Assembly: GCA_012519455.1 (NCBI GenBank)
Contig: JAAYQE010000119.1
Coordinates: 159 to 64,158, forward strand
Direction of reading: 5' to 3'
DNA length: 64,000 nucleotides
Source: Syntrophomonadaceae bacterium
Lineage (GTDB): Bacteria; Bacillota; Ch66; Ch109
Positions 1 through 12,723 of this stretch are shown here, one piece after another (positions within the stretch are counted from its first letter, which is position 1; each line of letters starts with the position of its first letter). A program made the translations under genes and the position numbers. The notes below the pieces were generated by a model. It was not told the origin of the DNA and searched no databases. It saw nothing but the letters and a program-made list of their open reading frames with translations.

Positions 1-523
1 TATCCCAGTTTATGCGGGTTTCATCCGGGGTTACCATTCCCAGGCGCCCACTACGCTGAAAGGTACCAACCAGACGTCGATAGCCCCGTTCTAAAATCCG
101 GATTATTTCCCCTTCGGGGTGACCGGTTTCCATCCTACCCCGTAACCGGACCACCACCCGATCGTGGTGCATGGCTCCGTTTAAATCTTCACCTCGAATA
201 TAGATATCAGGCATCGGTTCGCCACCCGGTTTTTCCTCTCTGACCTCCGGAATCACGAACCCAAATCCTCGTGGATGCCCTTGTAAACGCCCAGTTACGT
301 AATGCATTTGCTCCGGCAGTACATAACGACCTTTACGCGTGACCACGATCTCTCCTTTTTTCTCCAATCGATGCAGCAGAGAATGTAATTTAGCCGGCCG
401 GTCCACTTTTAATTCCCGGGCAAGCTCTTCTGCCGTCAAAGGACGATATCTTGGATCCTGCATAAACTCTAATAATCGGCTTTTGTTAAACGTACTCAAT
501 CGGTATCGATCCCTTCGTTCCAC
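1..523 (-). CDS. rnr: Ribonuclease R, N-terminal part; the gene continues past the window start
   Basis: Reverse-complement translation from GTG at 523-521 reads VERRDRYRLSTFNKSRLLEFMQDPRYRPLTAEELARELKV...GFGFVIPE...DIYIRGEDLNGAMHHDRVVV, the typical RNase R N-terminal HTH/cold-shock region. The position after secG and the esterase matches Bacillus secG-yvaK-rnr synteny. GTG overlaps the upstream stop (TAAAAGTG). Confidence 0.8.
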   Translation of the reverse strand, partial: MERRDRYRLSTFNKSRLLEFMQDPRYRPLTAEELARELKVDRPAKLHSLLHRLEKKGEIVVTRKGRYVLPEQMHYVTGRLQGHPRGFGFVIPEVREEKPGGEPMPDIYIRGEDLNGAMHHDRVVVRLRGRMETGHPEGEIIRILERGYRRLVGTFQRSGRLGMVTPDETRINWD

Positions 524-525
524 TT

Positions 526-1089
526 TTACGCTAAGCCCAATTCCGGGGCAATACCGCGCATGGCCTCCAGACTCAAACCCAAAAACGCTTCCAGGGTAAG
601 GTCTAGTTCGGTACACGTGCGTATTTGCTCCCGATTAGCCCCCCGGGCAAAAGACTTTTCCTTCATTCGTTTTAATAAAAAGGGGACATCAATAGCCGCC
701 AAACTTTTCTCCTTTTTAATCAAAGCCCCGGCCACAATTAACCCGGTAGTTGGATCGGTAGCGAACAAGGCTTGATCAATCCGCTTTTCCCTCGGGTAGA
801 TCCCTCCATTATTATGGGCTTTTACCGCGCGAACTACCTCGGGTGGAAAGCCTCTCTTTTCCAAAATTTCACTACCTAAAATAGCATGCCGTTGGGGATC
901 ATCTTTGGTATAGTCGTAATCCACATCGTGTAATAAGCCTACCAATCCCCAGGTATCTTCATCTTCTGCAAAATGTCGGGCTAAACTACGCATAACGGCT
1001 TCGGTAGCTAACATATGGTTTACTAGATTTTCCGTTTGAACATGTTCACGCAAAAATTTAAGTGCTTCTTCTCTGGATATCATTGTCAA
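526..1089 (-). CDS. HD-domain (HDIG-like) metal-dependent phosphohydrolase
   Basis: 187-aa ORF with an HD motif (LLHDVDYDY...) and conserved His/Asp spacing typical of small HD hydrolases. Confidence 0.7.
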   Translation of the reverse strand: MTMISREEALKFLREHVQTENLVNHMLATEAVMRSLARHFAEDEDTWGLVGLLHDVDYDYTKDDPQRHAILGSEILEKRGFPPEVVRAVKAHNNGGIYPREKRIDQALFATDPTTGLIVAGALIKKEKSLAAIDVPFLLKRMKEKSFARGANREQIRTCTELDLTLEAFLGLSLEAMRGIAPELGLA

Positions 1090-1160
1090 ACCCCCAATTA
1101 TTAGTCCTTAATCTCCTATTATCTACTAAATTCCCTAAAAAAACCATAAAACAATGCCCT

Positions 1161-2144
1161 CTATTCGCGGCTACGCTTAATCCATTCTACAATCGTTTGA
1201 AAAATCCTATCTTTTTCACTACTCAAAGTTAATAAATGGGGGGATTTTTCCAGCCATAAAATTTTTTTCTGTTCACTGCCCAGATTGCGATAAATAAATT
1301 CCCCACTTTCCGGGCGTACAGTTTCATCAACACGCGATTGAATAACTAGGGCCGGTACCTCTATCCGTCGCAATCGTTCCTTAACGTACTGAATTAAACG
1401 TAACAAATTGGCTACTCCACGTATGGGTATGTCTGTGTAGGAAAATCTCAGGGCATCGGCCTCCTTCGCGGAGATAACTTCAAATTCCTTAGAAGTATAA
1501 GGAAAAAACCACTGTAACCAAGGACTAAAACGCACCTTACTATTCCGTATAAAAATAGGGGTATTTAGCATAATAACCCCCGCAATTGGCACCTCCCTCT
1601 TGTCCTTGTCGGAATGTTCAGGAAAAGTTTGCAGTTCTTTAGGCAGGACTCTATCCAACCAAAAAGGAACTGGAAAACTTTCATCCGCTAGTTTGTTGCG
1701 CGACTTGATTGCTTTTTTTGGGGCAGTTGCCGGAACTGATTTCAAAGGCCTCACCGGCTCAAATTCATCGGGCCGGTAACGTTCCCCTCGACTAATACTC
1801 TGGTTAACCGCCAGTAATAAAGCTAATAGCCCACCCATAGATAAACCAATTAGATACACCTGCTTTACCGGTTCAGCGCGCAAGCGATCCAGGCCAATCA
1901 TCGCACTCTTCAACCAATCGGTCCAGCGGGTACGAGCTAAATCTTCCGCCGAGGTCCCGTGTCCCGCTAGTAACGGTGCCAGTACTGTACAACCTTGATC
2001 AACTAAATATTCTCCCAGAGGGAGCAATTCCGGAGGCGAACCGGTAAAACCATGAATTAGCAGACAACCAATATCGCCCTTCGAGAAAAAATAAGGTTCT
2101 GCCCTGGGATGAACCGTCGCTACGGTCTCTGCATTTCTTTTCAT
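1161..2144 (-). CDS. Alpha/beta-hydrolase carboxylesterase (YvaK/Est-like) with an internal insertion of about 75 aa
   Basis: HGFTGSP oxyanion motif and GLSMGG nucleophile elbow. Sits between secG and rnr as yvaK does in Bacillus. A basic/proline-rich insert follows the nucleophile elbow. Confidence 0.7.
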   Translation of the reverse strand: MKRNAETVATVHPRAEPYFFSKGDIGCLLIHGFTGSPPELLPLGEYLVDQGCTVLAPLLAGHGTSAEDLARTRWTDWLKSAMIGLDRLRAEPVKQVYLIGLSMGGLLALLLAVNQSISRGERYRPDEFEPVRPLKSVPATAPKKAIKSRNKLADESFPVPFWLDRVLPKELQTFPEHSDKDKREVPIAGVIMLNTPIFIRNSKVRFSPWLQWFFPYTSKEFEVISAKEADALRFSYTDIPIRGVANLLRLIQYVKERLRRIEVPALVIQSRVDETVRPESGEFIYRNLGSEQKKILWLEKSPHLLTLSSEKDRIFQTIVEWIKRSRE

Positions 2145-2219
2145 TTTTCCACATCCTCTCCGGACTACCTTAGAAAGGCCTTTGAATTCTAATTCGGTTT
2201 AATTTAAAAAATCGCCATT

Positions 2220-2256
2220 TAGCAAGAAAAGTGTTGAGCTTCATCCCTCAACACTT
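2220..2256 (-). terminator. Rho-independent terminator downstream of secG
   Basis: Perfect 10-bp stem AAGTGTTGAG / CTCAACACTT (2229-2238 and 2247-2256) with an 8-nt loop, followed on the minus strand by TTTTCTTGCT. Confidence 0.5.
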
Positions 2257-2361
2257 CTCTCTCTACTTCATTTATCCTTAAACTTATCCCTGAACTAATT
2301 AACGCCTATATCTTGATCCTGATGCTTTTTACGTATCCACATCTATAGTTTTTTATCATTC

Positions 2362-2595
2362 CTAAGGCATTAAGGCCAAGATCATAGTTAGAACCAAAAA
2401 AGCAATGGCTAATATTGTGGATATCCGACTAAAAAAATCATCCATCCCTTTTTTCTTGCCAAATATAGCTTCCGCCCCTCCTGCAATTGCTCCTGAAAGG
2501 CCGGCACTCTTCCCCGATTGGAGTAGAACCGTAGCAATAAGTCCCAGCGAAACCAGAATCTGCAATACCATTAACGCAATTTTCATTCGCTTCAA
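2362..2595 (-). CDS. secG: Preprotein translocase subunit SecG
   Basis: 77 aa, two TM segments, [17 protein letters not shown] motif. Lies immediately downstream of eno as in Firmicutes. Confidence 0.85.
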   Translation of the reverse strand: MKRMKIALMVLQILVSLGLIATVLLQSGKSAGLSGAIAGGAEAIFGKKKGMDDFFSRISTILAIAFLVLTMILALMP

Positions 2596-2724
2596 TATTC
2601 ACCTCCTGTGCCGGGATTGGTCCTAATTACCTGTTCGTATTTTAGCATAACCGTTTTTTAAAGGCAAGAAAACAAAGCCCCGGTTAGGTCGTGAATATTT
2701 GTTATTTTCTGTTATTATTTTCTT

Positions 2725-5587
<2,863 letters not shown>

Positions 5588-5626
5588 AAACTCACCTCCA
5601 AACCCAAAGCAGTAACATCCACGCTT

Positions 5627-6379
5627 TTAACCATACTGAATAATCCGGGCGAAAGAAGCCGCTTCCAAGCTAGCCCCACCGACCAACACCCCATCTAAAT
5701 CCGGCTCGGCCATCAAGGCCTGAATGTTTTCCGGTTTAACACTGCCTCCATATAAAATTCGTACCTGTTCTCCTACAGCCGAGCTATATTTCTCGCTGAT
5801 CCGGCCCCGTAAATAACTAATTACTTCCTGCGCATCCTGTGGCGTGGCATTACGCCCGGTCCCAATCGCCCAGACCGGCTCATAAGCCACCACGATAGGC
5901 GTTATCTGATCCCCGGTTAAACCATGAAGTCCATTGATCAATTGACGTTCACAAACCTGAAAAGTGACCCCGGTTTCCCTTTCCTCCAGGGTTTCCCCCA
6001 AACAAAAAATAGGAATTAACCCGACCCCCAGGGCCGCCTTTAGACGCCGATTAACCGTTTCATCCGTTTCGCCAAAATACTGGCGCCGTTCCGAATGACC
6101 ACAAATTACATAACGACACCCCAGATCGTAAAGCATCGAAGGGGCTACTTCTCCGGTAAAGGCCCCCTGTTCCTCCCAATAGACATTTTGGGCCCCTACC
6201 TGAAACGGACTTCCCTGCACCGCCCGAATTACTGATTCTAACAAGGTATACGGAGGGCAGATTACTACCTCCACATCCTGAAGATGAGTAATCTGCGCGC
6301 GGAGATCCTGCACAAAAGCCTCCGCTTCCGCCCGTACTTTGTACATCTTCCAATTCCCCGCTACCATCGGGATCCGCAT
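5627..6379 (-). CDS. tpiA: Triosephosphate isomerase
   Basis: MRIPMVAGNWKMYK...GHSERR motifs. Start set at the ATG preceded by GGGAGGAG (10-nt spacer), not the ORF-track GTG at 6400. Confidence 0.9.
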   Translation of the reverse strand: MRIPMVAGNWKMYKVRAEAEAFVQDLRAQITHLQDVEVVICPPYTLLESVIRAVQGSPFQVGAQNVYWEEQGAFTGEVAPSMLYDLGCRYVICGHSERRQYFGETDETVNRRLKAALGVGLIPIFCLGETLEERETGVTFQVCERQLINGLHGLTGDQITPIVVAYEPVWAIGTGRNATPQDAQEVISYLRGRISEKYSSAVGEQVRILYGGSVKPENIQALMAEPDLDGVLVGGASLEAASFARIIQYG

Positions 6380-6483
6380 GGTTCTGATTCTCCTCCCCAC
6401 AAAAAGCTTCTATACATTAATCCGCTCATACTTTATCCTTATTCTGGCTATACCCCAAAAGGGCTCTGCACGTTACCTTGGTC

Positions 6484-7674
6484 TTACTTGGCGGCTAACG
6501 CTACCACCCCGGGTAGTTCCCGGCCTTCCAAAAATTCCAAAGAAGCGCCGCCACCCGTAGAAATATGCGTTATCTGCTCCGCTACCCCCGCCTGTTCTAC
6601 CGCAGCCGCCGAATCTCCTCCTCCAATGATGGTTACCGCCTCGGTCCGGGCCAAAATCCGCGCCACAGCCGTAGTCCCCTGCGCAAAGGGCGGCAACTCA
6701 AAAACTCCCATGGGACCGTTCCAGAGAACCGTCCGGCTTTCTTGGCATACTTCTTCTAATAATTGTACCGTGGCCGGGCCAATATCCAAGATCATCCAAT
6801 CAGCAGGTACTGCTTCGGGTTTAACAATTTTCGTCTGGGCTTCAGCTGCCATCCGGTCCGCTACCACCACATCTACCGGCAGCAAGAATTCAACCCCCTT
6901 CTCTGGTGCGGAGGCCATTAAATGCCGGGCAAAATCAAGATAATCATTTTCGACCAGGGATTTACCGACCTCCCATCCCTGGGCTTTAAAAAAAGTATTA
7001 GCCATACCCCCGCCTACCGCCAACATATCTACTTTATCTAAAAAATTATCCAGTAACTTTATTTTGTCCGATACCTTAGCCCCTCCGATAATAGCTAGGA
7101 AGGGTCGCTTTGGATAAGTCAAAACCTCACTTAAGGCCTTAACTTCCTTCTGCATCAAAAAGCCGGCCGCTGCCGGCAAAAAGGCAGCCATTCCGGCCGT
7201 CGAAGCATGGGCACGGTGGGCTGCACCAAAAGCATCATTCACATAAATATCCGCCAGTTCTGCGAGCTGACGGGCAAAAGCCGGATCATTAGCTTCCTCC
7301 CCCGAATAAAAACGTAAATTCTCTAGAAGTACAATCTCCCCTGGTTTTAATTGAGATATCAAGCGCTTTGGTTCTTCCCCCACACAGTCACTGGCCATGA
7401 ATATTTTTTTACCCAGTAATTCCTCTAAACGTTGAGCTACACGACGCAAGCTATACTTTTCTTTAAATTCTCCTTTCGGTCGACCAAAATGACTAGCTAA
7501 AATGATCCGGGCACCCTGATCCATCAAGTGTTGAATCGTCGGTAAGGCGGCCCGGATCCGAGTATCATCCACGATTTCCTGATTTTCGTCTACCGGCACA
7601 TTGAAATCCACTCTGACGAACACGCGTTTATCCGCAACCTCAATCTCCTGAATTCCCCGGGGGGTAACGGTCAT
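6484..7674 (-). CDS. pgk: Phosphoglycerate kinase
   Basis: RVDFNVP and GGGA motifs. Start set at the second ATG (7674), preceded by GGAGGT; the ORF-track start is 7689. Confidence 0.95.
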   Translation of the reverse strand: MTVTPRGIQEIEVADKRVFVRVDFNVPVDENQEIVDDTRIRAALPTIQHLMDQGARIILASHFGRPKGEFKEKYSLRRVAQRLEELLGKKIFMASDCVGEEPKRLISQLKPGEIVLLENLRFYSGEEANDPAFARQLAELADIYVNDAFGAAHRAHASTAGMAAFLPAAAGFLMQKEVKALSEVLTYPKRPFLAIIGGAKVSDKIKLLDNFLDKVDMLAVGGGMANTFFKAQGWEVGKSLVENDYLDFARHLMASAPEKGVEFLLPVDVVVADRMAAEAQTKIVKPEAVPADWMILDIGPATVQLLEEVCQESRTVLWNGPMGVFELPPFAQGTTAVARILARTEAVTIIGGGDSAAAVEQAGVAEQITHISTGGGASLEFLEGRELPGVVALAAK

Positions 7675-7800
7675 TAAATATACCTCCATTGCTGCAAATT
7701 AATGTTGCGTTAGTCGTTTGAAACGTTTAGTATTTTCCCCCATACTGGCCGGCCGAGAGGTCCAGCACCACATAAAAAGAATTAAGCGTTAAAATTTTCC

Positions 7801-8805
7801 CTAAATCCCACGGGTGATATAATCAGCCAGATCTATACAACGCACGGAATAGGCCCACTCATTATCGTACCAGCCCACCACCTTAACCATGGTCCCCTCC
7901 ATCACCATGGTGGATAAACCATCGACAATGCAGGAATGGGGATCCCCATTATAATCACGTGATACCGTAGGTTCCTCACTGTAGGCTAAAATTCCCTTTA
8001 AATCCCCTTCAGCGGCCGCCTTATAGGCTGCGTTTACAGCTTCTACCGTAGTCGGCTGAGCCACATTAGCTACCAAATCAACCAAAGACACGTTCGGTGT
8101 CGGTACCCGCATGGCCAGACCGTTCATCTTTCCTTTTAACTCCGGCAATACAAGGCCAATCGCTTTCGCCGCTCCTGTGGTGGTAGGAATAATCGACATA
8201 CTGGCGGCCCGAGCCCGTCTTAAATCCTTATGGGCCAAATCCAGCACCCTTTGGTCATTGGTAAACGAATGGATCGTTGTCATCAAGGCCCTTTGAATCT
8301 GAAAGTTCTGATGAATAACCCCGGCTAACGGCGCCAAACAATTCGTCGTGCAAGAACCATTAGAAATAATCTGGTGCTTGGCTGAATTATATAGCTGATG
8401 ATTAACGCCCATCACAATCGTAATATCTTCCCCTTTAGCCGGTGCTGATATAATTACCCGCTCGGCCCCAGCCTCCAAGTGTTTACGAGCGTCCCGGGCA
8501 TCCGTAAACCTTCCGGTGCATTCAATAACTACCTGAACCCCCAACTCTTTCCAGGGTAAATTCGCCGGATCTTTCTCCGCTATTACCCGTACCGTCTGAC
8601 CATTAACTACCATTTGACCTTCCTGAACCTCAATCTGTCCAGTAAAACGTCCATGTACCGAATCATACTTAAATAAATGCGCATTAGTCTCGACATCGCC
8701 AAGATCATTAATAGCTACTACTTGCAAGTTAGGGTGATTTACTGCTGCTCTTAAGACTAAACGACCAATTCGCCCAAATCCATTAATTCCAACTTTCACC
8801 GCCAT
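7801..8805 (-). CDS. gap: Glyceraldehyde-3-phosphate dehydrogenase
   Basis: MAVKVGINGFGRIGR Rossmann N-terminus and the SCTTNCLAP active site. AAGGAGG sits 8 nt upstream of the ATG at 8805. Confidence 0.95.
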   Translation of the reverse strand: MAVKVGINGFGRIGRLVLRAAVNHPNLQVVAINDLGDVETNAHLFKYDSVHGRFTGQIEVQEGQMVVNGQTVRVIAEKDPANLPWKELGVQVVIECTGRFTDARDARKHLEAGAERVIISAPAKGEDITIVMGVNHQLYNSAKHQIISNGSCTTNCLAPLAGVIHQNFQIQRALMTTIHSFTNDQRVLDLAHKDLRRARAASMSIIPTTTGAAKAIGLVLPELKGKMNGLAMRVPTPNVSLVDLVANVAQPTTVEAVNAAYKAAAEGDLKGILAYSEEPTVSRDYNGDPHSCIVDGLSTMVMEGTMVKVVGWYDNEWAYSVRCIDLADYITRGI

Positions 8806-9005
8806 AAGACGCCCCTCCTTCATAATAAAATGCAGTCCTTCCTAAATATTATGCCTTGTTCCTTGCTTTTTAATTTTATACGGAACCGTAATCATATGGG
8901 TCCATTTTTTACCATTACTTTTACTGCGCAGGATGACTGCTAAATAGTTAATTTTCTACATAGAAGAAAAAAATTCCTGCTCCATTAAATAATATAACCT
9001 CGAAC

Positions 9006-10415
9006 TTAGTAGCGTTTTCTTTTGGCGGTGGATGGAATTCCTATCTCGCTGCGATATTTAGCTACGGTACGCCGGGAGATAGGGATCCCCTGCTTGTTTA
9101 AAATTTCCGTGATCTGTTGATCACTAAAAGGCCGGCTAATATCTTCTGACTCCACTATTTCCCGAATTAATTTTTGGATACTGGGAGCTGAAATTCCCAT
9201 TCCCTGCTCATCACTAATTCCACTGCTGAAAAAAAACTTAAATTCATGAACGCCCTGGGGACTTTGCAGGTATTTATTGGCCGTTGCCCGACTTACGGTA
9301 GATTCATGTATACCCAATTTTTCGGCTACCTGTTTCAGCGTAAGCGGCCGTAAGCGCTTGACCCCATGGAGTAAAAATTCCCTCTGGAACTCTACCAAAC
9401 AACAAGCTACCCGGTAAAGCGTATATCGACGTTGCTCAAGGCTGCGAATCAACCAGGTCGCTGCATTGAGCTTGTTTTCCAGGAACTTGCGCGCCTCCTG
9501 TTCATTCACTTGTTGTCCCATTAATAAGGAACGATACTGATTATTAATTCCCAGTCGAGGTACCAAGGTATCATTAAGCAGTACCACAAACTCATCGTCA
9601 ATTCTTTCCACAAACACATCCGGCGCTACATATCGAATCTCATTTAATCTACTAAATTGATCGCCCGGCCGTGGATTCAACTGGCGGATCAGATCGACAA
9701 TGCTCTGTACTTCCTGAATACTAATGTTGAGGCTAGAAGCAATTCGGTTCCATCTACCGCGGGCCACATCATCCAAATGCTCCCGCACCACCTTTTCCGT
9801 TAGGGCATTCAACTGGTCTAATTGCTTTAATTGCAACAACAAACACTCACACAGACCTCGGGCCCCTACTCCCGTAGGGTCAAAAGTTTGCAGAACCGAT
9901 AAAACTTGTTCTAGTTCCGCTTCCGAACATTCTAATTTAGCCGCGATCTCCCCCAAAGGTACCCTTAAATAACCGTAATCATCCAGACAGCCTAACAAAT
10001 ACTGGCCTATTTCCCGCTCCCGACCCTCCGTAAAGGCCAGGTCTAACTGTACCTGAAGGTGCTCTTGTAAACTGGGCCCCTCGGTTAAAAAATTTTCAAA
10101 AGAGTAGGCCGGATACTCTTCCCGAGGTTGTCGTACATAACCTAAGTCACTACGATCCGAAAAATATTCCTGCCAATCAATATCAAATTTTTCCCCTGTC
10201 TCCCCAGTATCAAACGAGGAATCACTCGCCGCGGCTTCATTATATCCTTCGTTTTCTTCCTGAACTTCCAAAAAAGGATTCTCCTGCAATTCTTTCTGTA
10301 AGTATTGGTGTAGTTCTATCGCGGAAAGCTGCAGTACTGTAATGGCCTGTCGCAATTCCGGCGTCATAATCAGGCGCTGTACTTGCTCCACATTTAATCC
10401 TAATCCGAGGCGCAT
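9006..10415 (-). CDS. rpoN: RNA polymerase sigma-54 factor
   Basis: 469 aa. N-terminal MRLGLGLNVEQVQRLIMTPELRQAI and the C-terminal RpoN box ISRRTVAKYR. Confidence 0.9.
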   Translation of the reverse strand: MRLGLGLNVEQVQRLIMTPELRQAITVLQLSAIELHQYLQKELQENPFLEVQEENEGYNEAAASDSSFDTGETGEKFDIDWQEYFSDRSDLGYVRQPREEYPAYSFENFLTEGPSLQEHLQVQLDLAFTEGREREIGQYLLGCLDDYGYLRVPLGEIAAKLECSEAELEQVLSVLQTFDPTGVGARGLCECLLLQLKQLDQLNALTEKVVREHLDDVARGRWNRIASSLNISIQEVQSIVDLIRQLNPRPGDQFSRLNEIRYVAPDVFVERIDDEFVVLLNDTLVPRLGINNQYRSLLMGQQVNEQEARKFLENKLNAATWLIRSLEQRRYTLYRVACCLVEFQREFLLHGVKRLRPLTLKQVAEKLGIHESTVSRATANKYLQSPQGVHEFKFFFSSGISDEQGMGISAPSIQKLIREIVESEDISRPFSDQQITEILNKQGIPISRRTVAKYRSEIGIPSTAKRKRY

Positions 10416-10443
10416 TCTATCCCCCCCTATTTACCAGGAGTAG

Positions 10444-11400
10444 TCAGACGGTCAAGTTTCCCTCCCGTAAATCTCTAGCGATTTCCTCCAGGCGACGCAT
10501 ACGATGATTAACCCCGGATTTACCCAGCCGAGGTTCTACCAGGTCCCCCAGTTCTTTAAGACTAGCTTCTGGATGTTTTAAGCGCACTTCAGCTACTTAC
10601 TTAAGTGTAGGCGGCAACCAATCTAATCCCATCTTATCAGCGATATATTGAATATGCTCAACCTGACGTAAACCAGTCCGTACCGCCTTTTCTACATTAG
10701 CGGTATCACAATTAACCTGGCGGTTGACTTGATTACGCAAACCTTTACGCAGGCGAATATCTTCAAATTGCAGCAAAGCCGCATGGGCCCCAATTAGACT
10801 TAAAAAATCCGCAATCTGATCAGCCTCTTTAAGATATACTACGGCCATCTGTTTGCGTTGCACAATTCGTGCCCGTAGTTTAACCCGCTCCAACTGCTTA
10901 ACCAGTTCTCCGGCAAAGTGACTCCGGCTTAACACCATTTCTAAGTGATAACCTGATTCTGGGTTGCTGATCGAACCACATCCCAAAAACACGCCGCGAA
11001 GATAAGCGCGTAAACAACATTGACGCCGGACTAGGGAAGAGCGAATTCCCTCTTCCACCTTGCGTCCTCGGAATATCCCCAGCTGCCTCAGATACAAATC
11101 CTGAGATTTAGGGATCATCAACCGTACCAGGTAACGCTTTCGCTTGTGCAACCGAGTTTGTTGGCGCACCAACAATAACACCGGCCAGGCATATAAATGC
11201 TTACTTAAACGAAAAACCCGACGCGCTACCGCTGCATTATCCGTAGAAACAGTAAATGATAGTTGTTGGCCGGTACTAATTCGTAAAATCCCGCTCGTTC
11301 GAAGTATAGCGGCAAACTCCGCTAAACGACAACAGTTTTTTTCGAAATCAACCCGGGCCAATTCATTTTTAACCTGGTTAGAAAAAGTTCCGGGCGCCAT
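10444..11400 (-). pseudogene. whiA: whiA (sporulation/cell-division DNA-binding regulator) interrupted by an in-frame TAA at 10597-10599
   Basis: ORF 10597..11400 encodes a WhiA N-terminal region with the LAGLIDADG-like fold (MAPGTFSNQVKNELARV...) and ends ...DWLPPTLK*. The same frame continues after the TAA as [50 protein letters not shown], the conserved WhiA C-terminal HTH, to TGA at 10444-10446. The stop replaces a position that is normally E/Q/K, one nucleotide away from TAA. Confidence 0.8.
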
Positions 11401-11420
11401 TACTTCTCAACCTCTGCTTT

Positions 11421-12698
11421 TTATTCATTCGATATAATTAAATTAATCACCGTCTGGGCTAAGCGCTGCGGGTTATGCCGCACCAGATCGCTTTGATCTA
11501 GTAGGTTTTCCTGCACCACCCCAACCCCTAGTTTGGCCAACCCCTGAGTGTTTACTTTTACCGGGTAGGCCCCCTGCGTCTCATATTTTTTCAACTGTTT
11601 TCGCAGGGCCAGTCGATTGTTTACAATAATATAATCGACTAAATTACAGCCGCAGTGTTCATAAATCGCTTGTAAATGATCCGAAGCTGTATAACCATCC
11701 GTTTCCCCGGGCTGGGTCATGACGTTACAGATATAAATTTTTTTGCCGCGAGACTGGCGTATAGCTTCAACGATTCCTTCTACTAGTAAGTTAGGAATAA
11801 TACTCGTATACAAACTGCCCGGGCCTAGGATAATAGCCTCGGCCTGGGCGATAGCCTTCAGGCTTTCATCAACCGGCTGCGGGTTGCTCGGTTTTAAATA
11901 CACCCGTTTGATATGCCCCTTTAACCCGGTTATCTGGGTTTCACCTTCAACCATTTGGCCATCCATCATCTCCGCACATAGCACAGCCTGGGCAAGCGTA
12001 GCCGGCAAAACCTGTCCGCGTACGGCCAGCACCTTACTTAACTCCTGAATGGCATGGACAAATCCCCCGGCCATCTCCGAAAGCGCAACCAGCAGCAGGT
12101 TACCCAGCGAATGCCCGGTTAGACCCTGACCCTGCTTAAACCGATAGCTTAGAACTTCTTCCATAACCGTTTCTTTATCTGCCAAGGCTACCAAACAGTT
12201 ACGAATATCTCCCGGCGGAAGTACTCCCAGTTCGGTCCGCAGTCTTCCAGAACTTCCCCCATCATCAGTTACCGTAACTATGGCGGTAATATTACTGGTA
12301 TATGTTTTTAAACCGCGAAGCAATACCGAAAGGCCGGTCCCGCCTCCCAACACAACAATCCGCGGCCCGTTTTTTAGCACCCGACGCTGATATAAAATAT
12401 CTACCAAGGCTTCGTTCGATCCTGGCCACAATGATACCCGCAAAGATTTAAATATCTGACGTAAACCCAAGGTTAGCAACAAAAGGCCCAGAAAGACGGT
12501 CACTATCCCGCCCAAAGCCGGGAAATCCCGGCCGATAAGCGTATAAAGCATCTTGCTCAGTCCATGGTCAACCTGCAAAAACAGTTGTCCGCTGATGGAG
12601 GTTACCCCAAATCCGATGACCATAAGGCCAATAATAATCAATAACAGCCAACGTTTAACCCGCAGACCTGGATAAAGCCATTTTAAAAGCTTCATCAA
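11421..12698 (-). CDS. YvcK/CofD-family gluconeogenesis/morphogenesis factor with an N-terminal two-TM extension
   Basis: The VVLGGGTGLS signature and the rest of the YvcK fold. An N-terminal extension of about 100 aa contains two predicted TM helices. Its position between rapZ and whiA matches the Bacillus yvcJ-yvcK-whiA arrangement. Confidence 0.8.
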   Translation of the reverse strand: MMKLLKWLYPGLRVKRWLLLIIIGLMVIGFGVTSISGQLFLQVDHGLSKMLYTLIGRDFPALGGIVTVFLGLLLLTLGLRQIFKSLRVSLWPGSNEALVDILYQRRVLKNGPRIVVLGGGTGLSVLLRGLKTYTSNITAIVTVTDDGGSSGRLRTELGVLPPGDIRNCLVALADKETVMEEVLSYRFKQGQGLTGHSLGNLLLVALSEMAGGFVHAIQELSKVLAVRGQVLPATLAQAVLCAEMMDGQMVEGETQITGLKGHIKRVYLKPSNPQPVDESLKAIAQAEAIILGPGSLYTSIIPNLLVEGIVEAIRQSRGKKIYICNVMTQPGETDGYTASDHLQAIYEHCGCNLVDYIIVNNRLALRKQLKKYETQGAYPVKVNTQGLAKLGVGVVQENLLDQSDLVRHNPQRLAQTVINLIISNE

Positions 12699-12723
12699 AC
12701 CTCACCCTTATCCTAAACCACAT

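Noticed and set aside
5627-8823. ORF-track N-terminal extensions on tpiA, pgk and gap (also on csrA, galU, uvrC, flgK, flgN and the 3D gene)
   Set aside because: Internal ATG or GTG starts with good Shine-Dalgarno spacing and agreement with known N-termini are preferred. The extensions begin at TTG or GTG codons lying within the RBS.
8824-9005. Looked for a cggR gene or CggR operator upstream of gap
   Set aside because: The upstream gene is rpoN, and only an ordinary AT-rich promoter region is present.
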